Positions 1 through 12,663 of a DNA stretch of 64,000 nucleotides are shown here, one piece after another. The translations under genes were made by a program, and so were the position numbers. A model generated the notes under the pieces. It saw only the letters and a list, made by a program, of their open reading frames with translations. It was not told the origin of the DNA and made no database searches. This DNA comes from Azolla caroliniana. Taxonomy: Eukaryota > Plantae > Polypodiophyta. How positions within the stretch are numbered: the first letter of the stretch is position 1; each line of letters begins with the position of its first letter. The stretch covers positions 4,092,001 through 4,156,000 of the forward strand of contig JBHGNT010000008.1 of assembly GCA_043228905.1 (NCBI GenBank), given 5' to 3'.

Positions 1-8
1 AAACATGC

Positions 9-463
9 TATTATAGATCATAGTACTAATGTAAGCTTAAGATAAGGATAATGAAAAGATAGATAGAAAGGAGAAAGAGAAAGAAGGGTGCCGATCCACC
101 CGACCACCCCCGAGCGAAGGGATCGAGACGGACTCGAGCCTCGATCGGCGTCCCATACCACCGCCGTGGCGTCGAGTCGTACCTGGTGCTGGCGCGCTCG
201 CTACAAGAGTTGACCCACCACACGAGCAGAGTCTCGATGTAGTCAAAAGATGATCAAATGAGGGTAGCTAGGCCTCTTATTTATAGCGAAACCCAAGGCC
301 CCCAGGCAAGTTCACACTTGACCTAATGGGTTGTCTCAATCCCGAGGATTAAAAGTAATCCTCCCCTTCTTTACACTCTCATTTAACCCTCACACTTATC
401 CACGTGTATAGAATACTACGGTAAATTCTTACCACGGGATATTATATGGTCATGCCCGTAACA
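9..463 (-). repeat. 3' LTR (455 bp)
   Basis: Matches 6570..7024. Minus-strand termini are TGTTAC...TATAATA, and it is preceded on the minus strand by the polypurine tract. Confidence 0.95.
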
Positions 464-3400
464 TACTCCCCCTCTTTAAAACATTGCACTCTTGCAATGG
501 AAAGTTAGGGAAGTTAGTTCTAAGAGTATTTTCGCGTTCCCATGTGGCATCTTTTATTGATTTATCCATCCATTTTATTTTGAATTCTCGGATTTCTTTA
601 GTACGTAATTTTTTTGTTTTAACATCGAGAATTCTTTCTGGCACATGTGGTTTAGAAGATAATTCTTCAGAAGTAACCAGAGTTTCAGTCGTAACTGTAT
701 TGTCGCCAGAACCTAGAAGTTCTTTTAGACGACTCACATGAAAGACTGGATGAATTCCGACACCATCGGGAAGAGCGAGACGATAGGCTGATGACCCAAT
801 GCGTTTGAGGACTGTAAAAGGTCCACAAAACCGTGGGGCTAACTTAGCGCACTTACCCGTAGACAATGTCTTAGAATTGTGAGGTACACGTAAAAATACC
901 TTCTGTCCAGGGTTGAATACACGAGGTTGCCTATGATGATCGGCATAAAAACGCGCTCTATCTTGAGCTGTTTTTATATTATCTCGTGCAATATGCAACA
1001 TATCTTGCATATCCCGAAGAAAGTTTTGCGTACTTCGCAACTCATCATGATGTATAGTAACATCAATCGGGGCTCGTGGCTGAAAACCATACATCAACAT
1101 AAAAGGACTATATCCCGTCGACGTATGCTTGGAGCTGTTATAAGCAAACTCCAAAATTGGGAGATAACGTTCCCATTTTGTTGGTTTTGCACCAACGTAT
1201 GCTCGAAGCATGTCGTCAATAATTTGATTTACTCGTTCTGTCTGTCCATCGGATTGAGGATGATCCGTGGAGCTCATGCTCAACGTAGTTTCTAACTTCT
1301 TAAAGACTTGTGTCCAGAAGTCACTAGTAAACTTTGGATCTCGATCACTCACGATATCCATCGGTAACCCATAAAAACGAAACAATTCGTCAACGAATTG
1401 GTAAGCCAATTCAGGAGCTGTTACCGTGGTTTTAGTAGCAATAAATCTGGCCATTTTAGTTAGTCGATCAACGACAACCCAGATGGCATCATGACCTTTT
1501 TGGGTGCGAGGAAGGCTAACAATAAAATCCATGGATATACTTTCCCACTTATTATTGGGAATGTCCAAGGGATGTAAAAGTCCTGCGGCTTTAAGTCGCT
1601 CGGCTTTGTTAACCTGACACTGGTGACATTTAGTCACATAGCTATGTATGTCAGGACGCATCTTAGGCCAATAAAATTGAGTGGAGATAAGAACGAGTGT
1701 ACGATGTATTCCAGGGTGCCCTGCGGAGGGTGCATCATGGCATTCAAAAAGAATCCTCTTTTTGACCTCGGGTAAATCTGGAACACAAACCTTCCCATTA
1801 CGGTAGAGCAAACCGTTAGCAATGTGGAAGTATTCCTTCGAGGATGTGGTGGTGTCTGTTCCAGACTCAACTCTTGCCCAGTATTTTGCGAAATAACTGT
1901 CATCAGGATACTTTCCTCGAAGGTGATCATAAAGATCTGATGATATTTCAGTGAAGCTAAGCATGTTAACTTCACGGATGCGACTTAGTGCATCAGCGAC
2001 AGTGTTCATGGAACCTTTACGATATCGTATGGAAAAATCAAAGTCCTGGATGAGATCAGCCCATCGTGCCTTACGACCTTTCAGGTCTTGTTGGTCACAA
2101 AAATATTTCAAGGACTCGTGGTCCGTAGTTACCACAAAGTGATTTCCATAAAGATAATGGCGCCATGTTTTGAGCGCATGTATAACTGCAAATAATTCCT
2201 TTTCTTGAACGGTATACCGACATTGAGCAGAATCAAGTTTCTTACTCTCGAATGCTATTGGTTTACCATCTTGATACAAGACAGCACCTATAGCATAATC
2301 GCTGGCATCGGTTTCAACCTCAAAAGGTTTTGAAGGATCGGGTAAAAGAAGTGAAGGAGCCTTGCAAACCAAGTCCTTGAGTTCCTTAAAGGCAAGGTCT
2401 AGTGTAGCATTCCACACAATAGGTTTTGTAGACTTACGCGTTTGACCTTTTAAAAGATCAGTAAACGGCGTCGTCAATTGGGAGTAATTACGAAGAGACT
2501 TTCGCAAAAACCCCACAAAACCAAGGAATGATCGAACTTCTCGAATATTCCGAAGAGTGGGCCAAAGCTTGATTTTCTCAATGCGAGAAGGATCAATTTC
2601 AACTCCTCGTTCGGTTATGAGATGTCCTAGATAAGTAATTGATTTCTTGAAGAACTCACATTTTGAGATCTTCGCATAAAACTGTTTGTCACGCAATGTT
2701 TGTAAAACAAAGCGGACATGTCTAGCATGTTCTTGTAATGTACGGCTATAAACTAAAATATCATCCAAGAAAATAACGACAAATTTTCCAAGTTGTTCTC
2801 GGAAAATGTCATTCATTTCTTGTTGGAAAGTAGCCGGAGCATTGGTCAAACCAAAAGGCATAACCAAAAACTCGTAATGGCCATAGCGCGTACGAAATGC
2901 CGTTTTAGGAACATCGTCCTCACTTATTCGTATTTGATGGTAGCCAGTTCGGAGATCAAGTTTCGTAAAATACCGAGCTCCCTGGAGACGGTCAATTAGA
3001 TCGTCAGCCCGGGGCAATGGATACGAATTCTTGATCGTCACTTTATTCAAGCGTCGGTAATTAATACACATACGCCATGTGCCCTCTTTCTTTTTAACCA
3101 AGAGAACTGGTGCACCCCATGGAGATTTACTATAACGTATATAACCCATTCGTAAATAGTCCTTGAGTTGCTTAGATACCTCATCTTCTTCGGATCGACT
3201 TAAGCGATACGGAGGTATACTTATTGGTGCAACACCAGGTACAATATCTATACGATGGTCTATATTACGTTTAGGAGGTAACCCATCAGGTAGTTCACTT
3301 GGAAAAACATCATGAAAATCATTTAAGATTTCATCAAGTTGTTGTTGTTCAAAATATGTTAACTGAATCGGGACATTATCGATATTGTAAACGTGAATGT

Positions 3401-4883
3401 CCGGATCAAGTACACAATAAAATAACGTAGAACAAGACAACTCGGATATTGATGGACACGAGGAAACAATCGAGAGGGATTGTTTTTTTACACATTGAAT
3501 AAAATGCGTACAATCGTTCAGTACAAAAGAAATGGAATGTCGAACCCAATCAATAAATAAAGAAGAGTTTTTATTATAAAACCAGGGATAACCCAGTATT
3601 ACATCGGTGGTACAAAGATTCATTACATGGAAGTCTACTTCCTCTATATAAGTATCAATAGAAATTCCTAATGAATGAATCGCCCCGTTGATGTATTGTA
3701 CTCTTCCATCAGCCAAGTGCACCGTGTAGGTGTGATCACTTACGGTGGGTTGGATTCCCCATATCTGAACCAAACGATCATTCACAAAATTGTGTGAGCT
3801 TCCCGAATCAAATAAAAATTGTACGGGAGATCCATTGATATACCCGTTTGCACGTAGTAAATCATTGGGACCCAATACATAGTGAGGAAAAGAACATTGA
3901 CAATTACTTAAATGGTGTGTATAGACCTGAAGGACATTAGGAATCTGACCTTTATGGTCTACAGCTTTAGCTTTGTTGTCGTGCTCTTTCCGTTGGAGCT
4001 TTCGACATTGATCTTTTGTATGACCCTTCTTTTTGCAGAATACACAAAAAGGATGTTGTCGCTTACAATCGCGATCCAGGAATTCGTTGGGTGTCTTGCG
4101 TTTCCCAACAAATTGCGACTGCTTAGTCCCGGGCACTTCGTTGGGTTTGTTATGGTCCTTCTTCGAAGTGCGTTGATAGCGAAGAACTATTTCAACGGCC
4201 TCTTCGAAGGATTTTGGATCCTTATCGTGCACTATCCAGTGATAGTCCGAATTGGGGATGCCATTGACAAAACAAGCTATCAACCAATTGTCCCCTTCTA
4301 GACCCGATTTTTGGATTTGGGTTCTAGCATGGTGAACATAGTCTTCTAGCGAGGAAAATTTCCTGCTAGAGAGGTTCATTAAAGCTTGTGCTGCCTCGGT
4401 TCGAGAGGGAGGTTGCAGAAATTGGCCCTTAAAAACCGTGACAAAATCTGTCCAGGTATCGGGCAATTTCCCCATAGTACGGAGGCCACGCCACCAAGCG
4501 GCGGCCTTACCCCCGAGTTCTCGGCCGACATATGCAATCTTCGTACTATCTGGCGTGGGATAGAGCTCAAAATGAGACTCCCATCGTCCAAGCCATGTGC
4601 AGATTGCTTCTTCGGTTCTTTCCTTTTTGTCTCCCGTAAATGGCTTAACGACAAATGATGGTTCACCTTGTCGCTCATCAGGTCTATTAGTCTCACGTTG
4701 TAGACTAATGACACGTGCCTCAAGAGCACTCTGAGATTGCCGAAGTTCGGTCATCTGTTGAGCGGTGAAACTAAGGAATTGGGTTATTTGTGCCAAATAC
4801 ATCTCAGTGGACATTTGTCCAGGAGGATTCCCTTGAGTTCCTTCCGCTTGAGCGGATGACATCGGGTCGTTAATTTGAGCCAT
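450..4883 (-). CDS. Gag-Pol polyprotein (Gag, CCHC knuckle, aspartic protease, RT, RNase H, integrase, chromodomain), 1477 aa
   Basis: Motifs: [14 protein letters not shown]; [10 protein letters not shown]; [10 protein letters not shown] / MPFGLTNAP / FLDDIL; [10 protein letters not shown]; HDAPSAGH...CHQC; SMDF / SDRD / QTERVN; RFCGPF; PERILD...KIKW...DATWE. The stop codon lies inside the 3' LTR. Confidence 0.97.
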   Translation of the reverse strand: MAQINDPMSSAQAEGTQGNPPGQMSTEMYLAQITQFLSFTAQQMTELRQSQSALEARVISLQRETNRPDERQGEPSFVVKPFTGDKKERTEEAICTWLGRWESHFELYPTPDSTKIAYVGRELGGKAAAWWRGLRTMGKLPDTWTDFVTVFKGQFLQPPSRTEAAQALMNLSSRKFSSLEDYVHHARTQIQKSGLEGDNWLIACFVNGIPNSDYHWIVHDKDPKSFEEAVEIVLRYQRTSKKDHNKPNEVPGTKQSQFVGKRKTPNEFLDRDCKRQHPFCVFCKKKGHTKDQCRKLQRKEHDNKAKAVDHKGQIPNVLQVYTHHLSNCQCSFPHYVLGPNDLLRANGYINGSPVQFLFDSGSSHNFVNDRLVQIWGIQPTVSDHTYTVHLADGRVQYINGAIHSLGISIDTYIEEVDFHVMNLCTTDVILGYPWFYNKNSSLFIDWVRHSISFVLNDCTHFIQCVKKQSLSIVSSCPSISELSCSTLFYCVLDPDIHVYNIDNVPIQLTYFEQQQLDEILNDFHDVFPSELPDGLPPKRNIDHRIDIVPGVAPISIPPYRLSRSEEDEVSKQLKDYLRMGYIRYSKSPWGAPVLLVKKKEGTWRMCINYRRLNKVTIKNSYPLPRADDLIDRLQGARYFTKLDLRTGYHQIRISEDDVPKTAFRTRYGHYEFLVMPFGLTNAPATFQQEMNDIFREQLGKFVVIFLDDILVYSRTLQEHARHVRFVLQTLRDKQFYAKISKCEFFKKSITYLGHLITERGVEIDPSRIEKIKLWPTLRNIREVRSFLGFVGFLRKSLRNYSQLTTPFTDLLKGQTRKSTKPIVWNATLDLAFKELKDLVCKAPSLLLPDPSKPFEVETDASDYAIGAVLYQDGKPIAFESKKLDSAQCRYTVQEKELFAVIHALKTWRHYLYGNHFVVTTDHESLKYFCDQQDLKGRKARWADLIQDFDFSIRYRKGSMNTVADALSRIREVNMLSFTEISSDLYDHLRGKYPDDSYFAKYWARVESGTDTTTSSKEYFHIANGLLYRNGKVCVPDLPEVKKRILFECHDAPSAGHPGIHRTLVLISTQFYWPKMRPDIHSYVTKCHQCQVNKAERLKAAGLLHPLDIPNNKWESISMDFIVSLPRTQKGHDAIWVVVDRLTKMARFIATKTTVTAPELAYQFVDELFRFYGLPMDIVSDRDPKFTSDFWTQVFKKLETTLSMSSTDHPQSDGQTERVNQIIDDMLRAYVGAKPTKWERYLPILEFAYNSSKHTSTGYSPFMLMYGFQPRAPIDVTIHHDELRSTQNFLRDMQDMLHIARDNIKTAQDRARFYADHHRQPRVFNPGQKVFLRVPHNSKTLSTGKCAKLAPRFCGPFTVLKRIGSSAYRLALPDGVGIHPVFHVSRLKELLGSGDNTVTTETLVTSEELSSKPHVPERILDVKTKKLRTKEIREFKIKWMDKSIKDATWERENTLRTNFPNFPLQECNVLKRGSMLRA
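464..477 (-). other. Polypurine tract
   Basis: Minus strand AAAGAGGGGGAGTA directly abutting the TG of the 3' LTR. Confidence 0.9.
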
Positions 4884-6054
4884 TAAAGATTATTTCTGGA
4901 AAAGAAATAGGATAAGGTCAGAGATATAGTCATAACATCATGTCGTGATGTAAACATATCATGGGCGAGCATTAATCGATATCATTATCTCACGTCAATA
5001 CCCCTCTAGACGTATGAGATGAGGTTCGAGATCAGGTTACTATGGTAACACAAAGGTGTTTTAAAAACCATGGGGGTGACAAATAAATGTCTTTCCCTGA
5101 TCTCTATATCGATTTTTTCATGGTGGCTCCCCGAGGCTCAACCATGTATGTTCGCGTCATGAATAGTTTATACACGAAAAAAAATGTTAACAATAAACTA
5201 TGTTTCGGTGCCCACATAAGTGGTTTCGGCTCTTTAAGTCCTATTACGAGGACCCCGAGGTGCACTTAGACCTTAAGTCTAAACATGTGGTATAGTCATA
5301 TGTATCAAGGATGTTGTATGGTCTTGGTCATATTTGAACTCGAGACCTCGAGAACAAATACATTAAACACTTGAGCCAACCAAGTAAGTTGGTCTTCTCG
5401 AATGTTTAATGTTTGATGCGTATAAGAGATATGCGAGGCAATTGATCATATATGTTTTTTTAAAAGAACATATATGTCAAGGTCCTTATTTCGCCCTCAT
5501 TTACCAAAACTATGTTGGTACGTTACCTAACCTCAAGTCTCGTAATTACGATGGCATACGCCAAAGTGCAACCTAATGGTGAAGCCAAATGAGCCCTCGT
5601 TTCGTAGTAGGCTCACGTGGGCCATCACATGGTCACGTCATTACGAATGCCTCTCGTAAGAACGAGCTCATGGTGGCATCGTATCCATGTAACGAGGGAA
5701 GGATGTTGGATACGTGCGTCATTGGAGCGACCTCACTTGAAGTGGGTCAAGCCCTACGTACTCAACATCATTATGGCTATTGCGTTTCTTTACGTAACGA
5801 AATCGAGGTCATCAACGGGGTTATCAACAATAAAAAATTGTTGAAAAAGGAATGGTGACAACGCCATTCTCACAAAAATGTGAGGACGGCCACCAACATC
5901 CTTTTCCCGACCATGACAACTTTCGACATAATCACGTAATAACGAATATACACATATGTTTACTTTTCACATATATACGATCAAATACGTATATATGTGA
6001 CCACATATGCCTATATTAAACATATCGTTATATTAAATAGCCACAAATGATGTG

Positions 6055-6330
6055 ATCGAGATACGTAATCGAGGTATATACCTCTACGCACACGAAACAT
6101 CCACAAATAAGAGATCATCGTAATACGCAATGGAGGTATTGACCTCTTACGCATACGAGACCAAACGCATATCGTTTACAACAAATTAAGGTATTAAACT
6201 CATACGCAAACGTAACATATGTTCGTGAACGTAATACGTAATTGAGGTATTAACCTCGTACGCATACGACACTCATCACATATTATTAATATGTCAAACG
6301 AGGTATTGACCTCGTGCACATATGTAAACG
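6055..6330 (-). repeat. Array of five hairpin-forming repeats in the retrotransposon leader
   Basis: Core GAGGT-N4-ACCTC (third copy degenerate) starts at 6071, 6133, 6188, 6244 and 6300, with flanking self-complementary arms and dissimilar linkers. Confidence 0.85.
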
Positions 6331-6557
6331 TTTTAGATAATCAATTAAAGACCACTACAACATCATTGATTTAATGAAAAAAATTACATATAAACTAAAC
6401 ACATGATTAGATGGGAGAAGAGAGAATAGAAAAAAAAATATGGAAAGAGTTACCGAAGTTCTTTGTTGATCGTTGTCTGGATCAAGGCCAACCGCACAAT
6501 GATCGATCAGCATCAATCAAAAGACAAATGAAAAACAAAGAAACATTAGTAAAAAAA

Positions 6558-6567
6558 TCTGATACCA
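6558..6567 (-). other. Primer binding site (tRNA-iMet type)
   Basis: Minus strand TGGTATCAGA, 2 nt inside the 5' LTR boundary. The match stops after 10 nt and is followed by a T run. Confidence 0.85.
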
Positions 6568-6569
6568 AA

Positions 6570-7024
6570 TATTATAGATCATAGTACTAATGTAAGCTTA
6601 AGATAAGGATAATGAAAAGATAGATAGAAAGGAGAAAGAGAAAGAAGGGTGCCGATCCACCCGACCACCCCCGAGCGAAGGGATCGAGACGGACTCGAGC
6701 CTCGATCGGCGTCCCATACCACCGCCGTGGCGTCGAGTCGTACCTGGTGCTGGCGCGCTCGCTACAAGAGTTGACCCACCACACGAGCAGAGTCTCGATG
6801 TAGTCAAAAGATGATCAAATGAGGGTAGCTAGGCCTCTTATTTATAGCGAAACCCAAGGCCCCCAGGCAAGTTCACACTTGACCTAATGGGTTGTCTCAA
6901 TCCCGAGGATTAAAAGTAATCCTCCCCTTCTTTACACTCTCATTTAACCCTCACACTTATCCACGTGTATAGAATACTACGGTAAATTCTTACCACGGGA
7001 TATTATATGGTCATGCCCGTAACA
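6570..7024 (-). repeat. 5' LTR (455 bp) with TATA box
   Basis: Matches 9..463. Contains minus-strand CTATAAATAAG at about 6837..6847 and is followed on the minus strand by the PBS. Confidence 0.95.
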
Positions 7025-9569
7025 CATGCAATGTGCTTGATATACAATTATTCAAAGACTAAGAACTCTAGTTTAACATGCAAGGCTAGACCGTGGACGT
7101 TGATAAAGTAGAGTCCATGAACCTCAAGCCACCCCAAAAGGAAGAGATCGAGTTACCCTTAAAGGAGGAACTTGGAGCCAACAAGGGTGACAAGTTCTCC
7201 TATTGTGGATGAGAACTCGGCTTGCCAAAAATCGTGCTCTAAGAATGAGGCATGCACTTAAATGGCAACCAAGTCTCAAGTTTAATGAATAGTTGGTATA
7301 TTTGCAATCCCCAATCCAAATAATTCCACAACAACGTTGGAAGAGGATATTAAGGCACAAAAGTTTGAGGGAAATGTAAAGCTTAGATGTACCAAAAGTC
7401 CTTAGTGTATTAATTTTGCTTTTTTAGATTACATGAACTCATGCGAAGACCAAATGAACTACAATAATTTAGGTATATAGAGTTAGGCTATGAGAATTCA
7501 AAGTTGATAAAGTTGTGACAGTGTACTTATAGCATGGGTTTCCCATTAATCAAGGTTTGATCAAATCCTATTCAACTTTGGAGAAACTACCTTTTTTATT
7601 CTTCATTTCATCAATGATAGACTTAATGACTCAATTACTTACTTAATTGGATATTTACATAATATAATGCCAACTATACCTAATATTGGTTTCTATCTCA
7701 TCCCAAGATTGTAGTGTTACACATGAATTTAGGAAAGAGTTTATGTAAGTCATTGCCAAATGTATAAATGTATACATCTCGCATAGGAAAATTACTTTGT
7801 GATTTGTAATAATTTGTTTTCGATTTAATGTGTTGTTTGGCCTAGAGGTTCATGCACAAAGTCATAAAATGTCATAATCTGGAAGTCCATTTTGAAAAGC
7901 GATAAATGTGAATGAATAAATTTCAGTGGATGTTGGAAATTGTTTTGATTCTCATTTGAGTGAACGCATTGAGCTTATCAATGGGTTTCTTAAAACTTTC
8001 TAATATGGAATGTAATGACTCAAAAAAAAATTGCGTGCTTAAACAAAAGAATAAAGTGTTTAAGTATTTTGGAAAAAGGAAGCTCGTTTGATTTGAGATA
8101 AAGGTCAATAGTTTCTACAATCATGTTTTCATCTCAAAGTTGGAGTGTCTCTAAGCGGCATAGATGTGGGCAAGCATCTCTTTCAACGTCAAACTAAGTG
8201 GAAGTCCATTATATTCGTTAAACGATTAGCCATCTTACATGGTAATGAGTGAGAGCCCTAGTGAATGCATAAAACCTTATCATAGTCCTCTCAACTTTCA
8301 AGGCTCATGATATAAATGAAAAAAAGTAAAGAATAACATTACCTGTATTAGTGGTGGGTAGATAATCTAATCAATTTACGATATTGTCACCCCTATGACA
8401 TTACCGGGGACAATCGTTTGCCCAAACATAAGCCATGGCTCATTCTAGACAAACATGATACATAACGACAAACAAAATGGAGAAAACCAAGTACTTTGGC
8501 AAAGAGTTGTGTGGCATGGCATGCTAAGGCAAGCTACTCACACACAAGAATAGTATCGAATCAAATTTGACAAGAGCATGTTAAAGGCTTATGCCTAGCA
8601 ATATCAAGATCAATTAGATAATTAATGTTATCTCTAGATAAATGAGTTCAAGGTGTCCATGGTGCCAATGAGAAAATGTTGTTAAAATAAACGCAAGATA
8701 TGTTGTTTATAAGTTGTATGCTAAAAATAGGCTAAATATGAGAAACAAATTGAAGTATTCGACATGATACAATCATTTTCTCATTTATAAATTGGAACCC
8801 ATTTTGTACACACAACATGTCAACCTAAACATGCATGTGTGGATGTGAAAATGGTCCTTGCATAAATACCATTATACCACAATATTTGAAGTAGAAGCTA
8901 GACATGCAAAAGGACAATATGTGATTTTCTCAAAAATCTTGCTTGAAATCCATCAACACATATGAAAAGGCACAACCTAATGTTGCTACCCACAACATAA
9001 TGCCGATGGCCATATAGCCATTGAACTTGTCATTTTTGCCATGCTAAAAAATATTGCTTGTAAATAATAGTGTGTATGTGTATGTATACAAGTGTGTATC
9101 ATATCATATATGTATTTGTAGCTTATGGTATATCTTTCATGTTATTTACTACCTAACATAGGCAATGTGCCTACATATACTTGAGCATGAGGGGAATAGA
9201 TAGACTTTATTATTGTCCTCAGAGGTTAAATATGATAGGCAAGCTCATCAAGAATTTACCACATTCTTTGTGACATGTTGCATTTGATACATACATGTAT
9301 TATTGATCGTATAACTCTAGCACAATGTCACGGAAGACAAAATGTTTTTTCATTTTTTACGAAAAAACTCGGTGAGCTTTTGAGTAGAGCGAGACAGAGA
9401 GTAATGATGACAACGAATTTAATAACTATTGTAGTCAAGTATGCCACAATAGTGAGCTAGTATAAATAGTCATTCCAAAGGGAAGTTAAAATTATCTATG
9501 GTGGTGCCAATGTTTCCATGGTAATTAATTAAGGTTGAAATTTAGAGATAACAATAATTTCGCCAATCA

Positions 9570-12500
9570 ATGGAGCTAGAATCTCATACCTCATATAGAG
9601 ATTGTGGGGATATGAGGATGAATATCGCTTCAACCAATCGAAACATTAATGCACTAAAGACTAGTGAAGGTATGAAACACACTTATATTTCTTCTATGTT
9701 GATTCAATTAATGTTAAAGATGTTATGTAGCATTTGGCATTATCGAACAATGGTTTGAAATTTAATAATCACCAGGTATTAATTACTTCGTTGACGATGA
9801 TGGTAGTGGAAATGATGATGATGGGCGCCCTAAAAGAACAGGTCCTCTCTCTCTCCCTTCTCTCTTCTTTTTATTGTGATGGGCTTTGCCTTAGTCATGA
9901 GCTATATGTCTATCAACATTAGGTTGCGGGTTTGAATTTATTGGCATTCCCATATTTGGATACACATACAAATACTCGTATATACACAAGGGACTACAGT
10001 GAACAAGTGCTAGTATGTGCATGTTACCCAATTGAAACAACATTCTCTATAAGAGATGAAAGTAATTTTTTTCCACAATGTTTTCAAATTCTAGTTTTGG
10101 TGTTACCTTTCACACGAGGGGATATGGTTTTCTATTTGCTAGTGAATACTAAGATGCATTTTACACTATATTCAAAAGCATGTGCTCATAAGTGTTGGCC
10201 TGTTTTATATGTATATTATGATGCTTAGGGACCGTATGGACAGCATCCGCACATATTGTGACCGCTGTGATCGGATCGGGTGTATTATCATTAGCGTGGA
10301 GCATTTCCAAACTTGGATGGATTGTTGGGCCAACCACTCTCATCATCTTTGCAATAATCACATACTTTAGCTCTTCCCTTCTAGCTGATTGTTATCGAAC
10401 ATTGGACCCTAGTACTTTGGTAACAAATGGTCGAAATAATGGAAAACGTAATTACACATACATGGATGCAGTTAGATCCAATTTAGGTAAGCAAGTGCAA
10501 TGAAGATGATAAATGATTGCTAATGAGAGTGTAATGAAGCAAAATGTGTTGCTTTTTGAAATAGGGGAAGTGCAAACCAAGTTTTGTGCCTTGGCCCAAT
10601 ACACTAGCTTTGTGTGCATAATGGTTGGATACACAATCACTGCTTCCATAAGCATGGTGTAAGTTTGATGGCAATTCGTCACCTTTTCATGAAGAGATAA
10701 GAGAGAGGGAGATTTTATTATTGTCCTTTGAGTATCAAATATGAATTTGTTGATATATTTCAAGGTGACAATATTTGTTTGGCAAATGAATAATATCTTT
10801 TGTTCATTTGGTTTTTATGTTGCTTTTGTTTTTTGTTTTTCTTAGTGCAATCACAAGGTCAAATTGTTTCCATACACATGGGCATGAGTCACCTTGCTAT
10901 GCTTCAACATACCCATATGTAATAATGTTTGGATTGATGCAAGTTATCCTCTCCCAAATTCCTAGTTTTAGCAAAATATGGTGGCTCTCCATTGTTGCTG
11001 CAATCATGTCAGTATCATACTCTTCGATTGCCATTGGTCTTGGGATTCATACAATACTAGGTCTTCTTTTTCTCTCATTTTGAATTTGAAATTTGTTAAA
11101 CTAGACAAGGCTTTGTGTTCATTGAAAAGATAGACTAACTACAAGATCTTCTCTTCTCTAATTTTGAATTAGAAATTTGTTGAAATAGATAAGGCTTTGT
11201 GTTCATGGAAAAGATAGACTAGCTATACCATACACATTGAAACAACAAAACCACAATTTATAAGGCAAATTATTGTATCAAATAAAGTTGTCAAGGTTAA
11301 TGTTGTAAAGAAATTATAGATGCCGTTTCAAAGATGGATATTTTTTAAGAATAAAATATGTGATCGATCACTTTTTTAAAGTACATAATCCAAACAATGT
11401 CTTTGAATTAGGAGGAGGTAACAACTCCCATGGCACACTTGGTGGCTTGTTTTATGATGGTGAAACATTTCTACTCGATAACAAAAGTAATGTATGGATT
11501 GTTCTACAAGCTCTTGGGAACATTGCATTTGCCTACGCATATTCCTTGATCCTAATTGAGATTCAGGTATGTAAGTCCTTTTGTTGATTATTGCTAACTT
11601 TCGATGTAGTGTGACTTGTTTTTACCTTGATTTGGGATTTGAATCTCATGCATATGGTGCTTTGCCAATCTTGGCACCAAAATGCATTCTTCATTTTGTA
11701 ATATAATCTTGTTGTTCATCCATTGTTGGAAGATTGACATTATCAATTGATTTTACCATAACTCTGAGTACCATTTTACCCTGTATAGGACACAATTCGA
11801 TCTCCTCCTGATGAGACGAAGACGATGAAGAAAGCAAATTTTATTGGAGTATCGACCACTACAATCTTCTATTTGTTGTGTGGTTGTACTGGCTATGCTA
11901 GCTTTGGTCAAAATGCCCCTGGAAACCTTCTTACAGGATTTGGTTTTTATGAACCATATTGGCTTGTAGATATTGCCAATGCATTTGTTGTTATACATTT
12001 GTTGGGAGCATTCCAGGTAAATATTCTTTTATCTCTATTATTAGCATATAATCAATTCTTCTTACTTATAATCATGTTTCATCACTTTCACAAAGAAATA
12101 CCAAATTACTCCCCAAAGTTGTATACTTATAAGAATACCCCTAGTTTCTAAAACAATTACAAGAATGCTTCAACATTGTTAGTAAATCATATTTATGACA
12201 AAGATTCTAACTATGTACTTTTGGATCGATGTAGGTGTTTTCACAACCCGTATTTGCATTTTTTGAAGAATGTATATCCTTTCGCTATCCGAAAAACACC
12301 TCAACAAATAAGGTCTATAAGATAACCATCCCATTTTTTGGATCCTCACATAACATCAACATTTTCAAACTGGTATGGAGAACTACATTCGTGTTATTCA
12401 CAACTCTCATTGCTATGATCTTTCCTTTCTTCAATGATATATTGGGGATTATTGGTGCTATAACATTTTGGCCTCTTACAATCTATTTTCCTATCCAAAT

Positions 12501-12663
12501 GCATATACGCCGATCCAAAACACAAAAATGGACAACTAAGTGGTGTCTTCTTCAAGTCACTGTTCTTTTTTTTCTCATATTATCATTAGCAGTTCTAATA
12601 GCGTCCATGACAAGTGTTGTCACTGACCTTCGGGTGTATAAGCCTTTCCATGCCCATTCATAA
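9570..12663 (+). CDS. AAP: Amino acid permease (AAP family), 8 predicted exons
   Basis: GT-AG exons in consistent phase: 9570-9669, 9776-9841, 10229-10486, 10565-10658, 10846-11060, 11412-11566, 11789-12016, 12235-12663. Motifs DDDGRPKRTGTVWTASAHIVTAVIGSGVLSLAW, LGNIAFAY, APGNLLTGFGFYEPYWL and FWPLTIYFP. The first exon is the least certain. Confidence 0.93.

Larger units (their letters stand above)
9..7024 (-). mobile_element. Full-length Ty3/Gypsy chromovirus LTR retrotransposon
   Basis: Direct repeats 9..463 and 6570..7024 (offset 6561, no differences found by eye). 5-bp TSD CATGC at 4..8 and 7025..7029. PBS next to the 5' LTR, PPT next to the 3' LTR, and a gag-pol ORF with PR-RT-RH-INT-chromodomain order. 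Confidence 0.97.

Noticed and set aside
26-246. Short ORFs repeated at 26-246 and 6587-6807
   Set aside because: They are duplicated only because they lie in the LTRs, and their hydrophobic tails come from a CT-rich tract.
6055-6330. CRISPR-array interpretation of the palindromic repeat / variable linker pattern
   Set aside because: Repeats are degenerate, the 'spacers' partly pair with the repeats as lower stems, there are no cas genes, and the context is a eukaryotic retrotransposon.
4884-6557. Hammerhead ribozyme or extra (env-like) ORF in the leader
   Set aside because: No CUGANGA core found by eye on either strand. Only short antisense ORFs (<90 aa) without recognisable motifs.
7030-9000. 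Possible TE remnants flanking the retrotransposon (also 53700-54450 and 59880-60700)
   Set aside because: Look like decayed coding sequence, but no diagnostic motif could be read.
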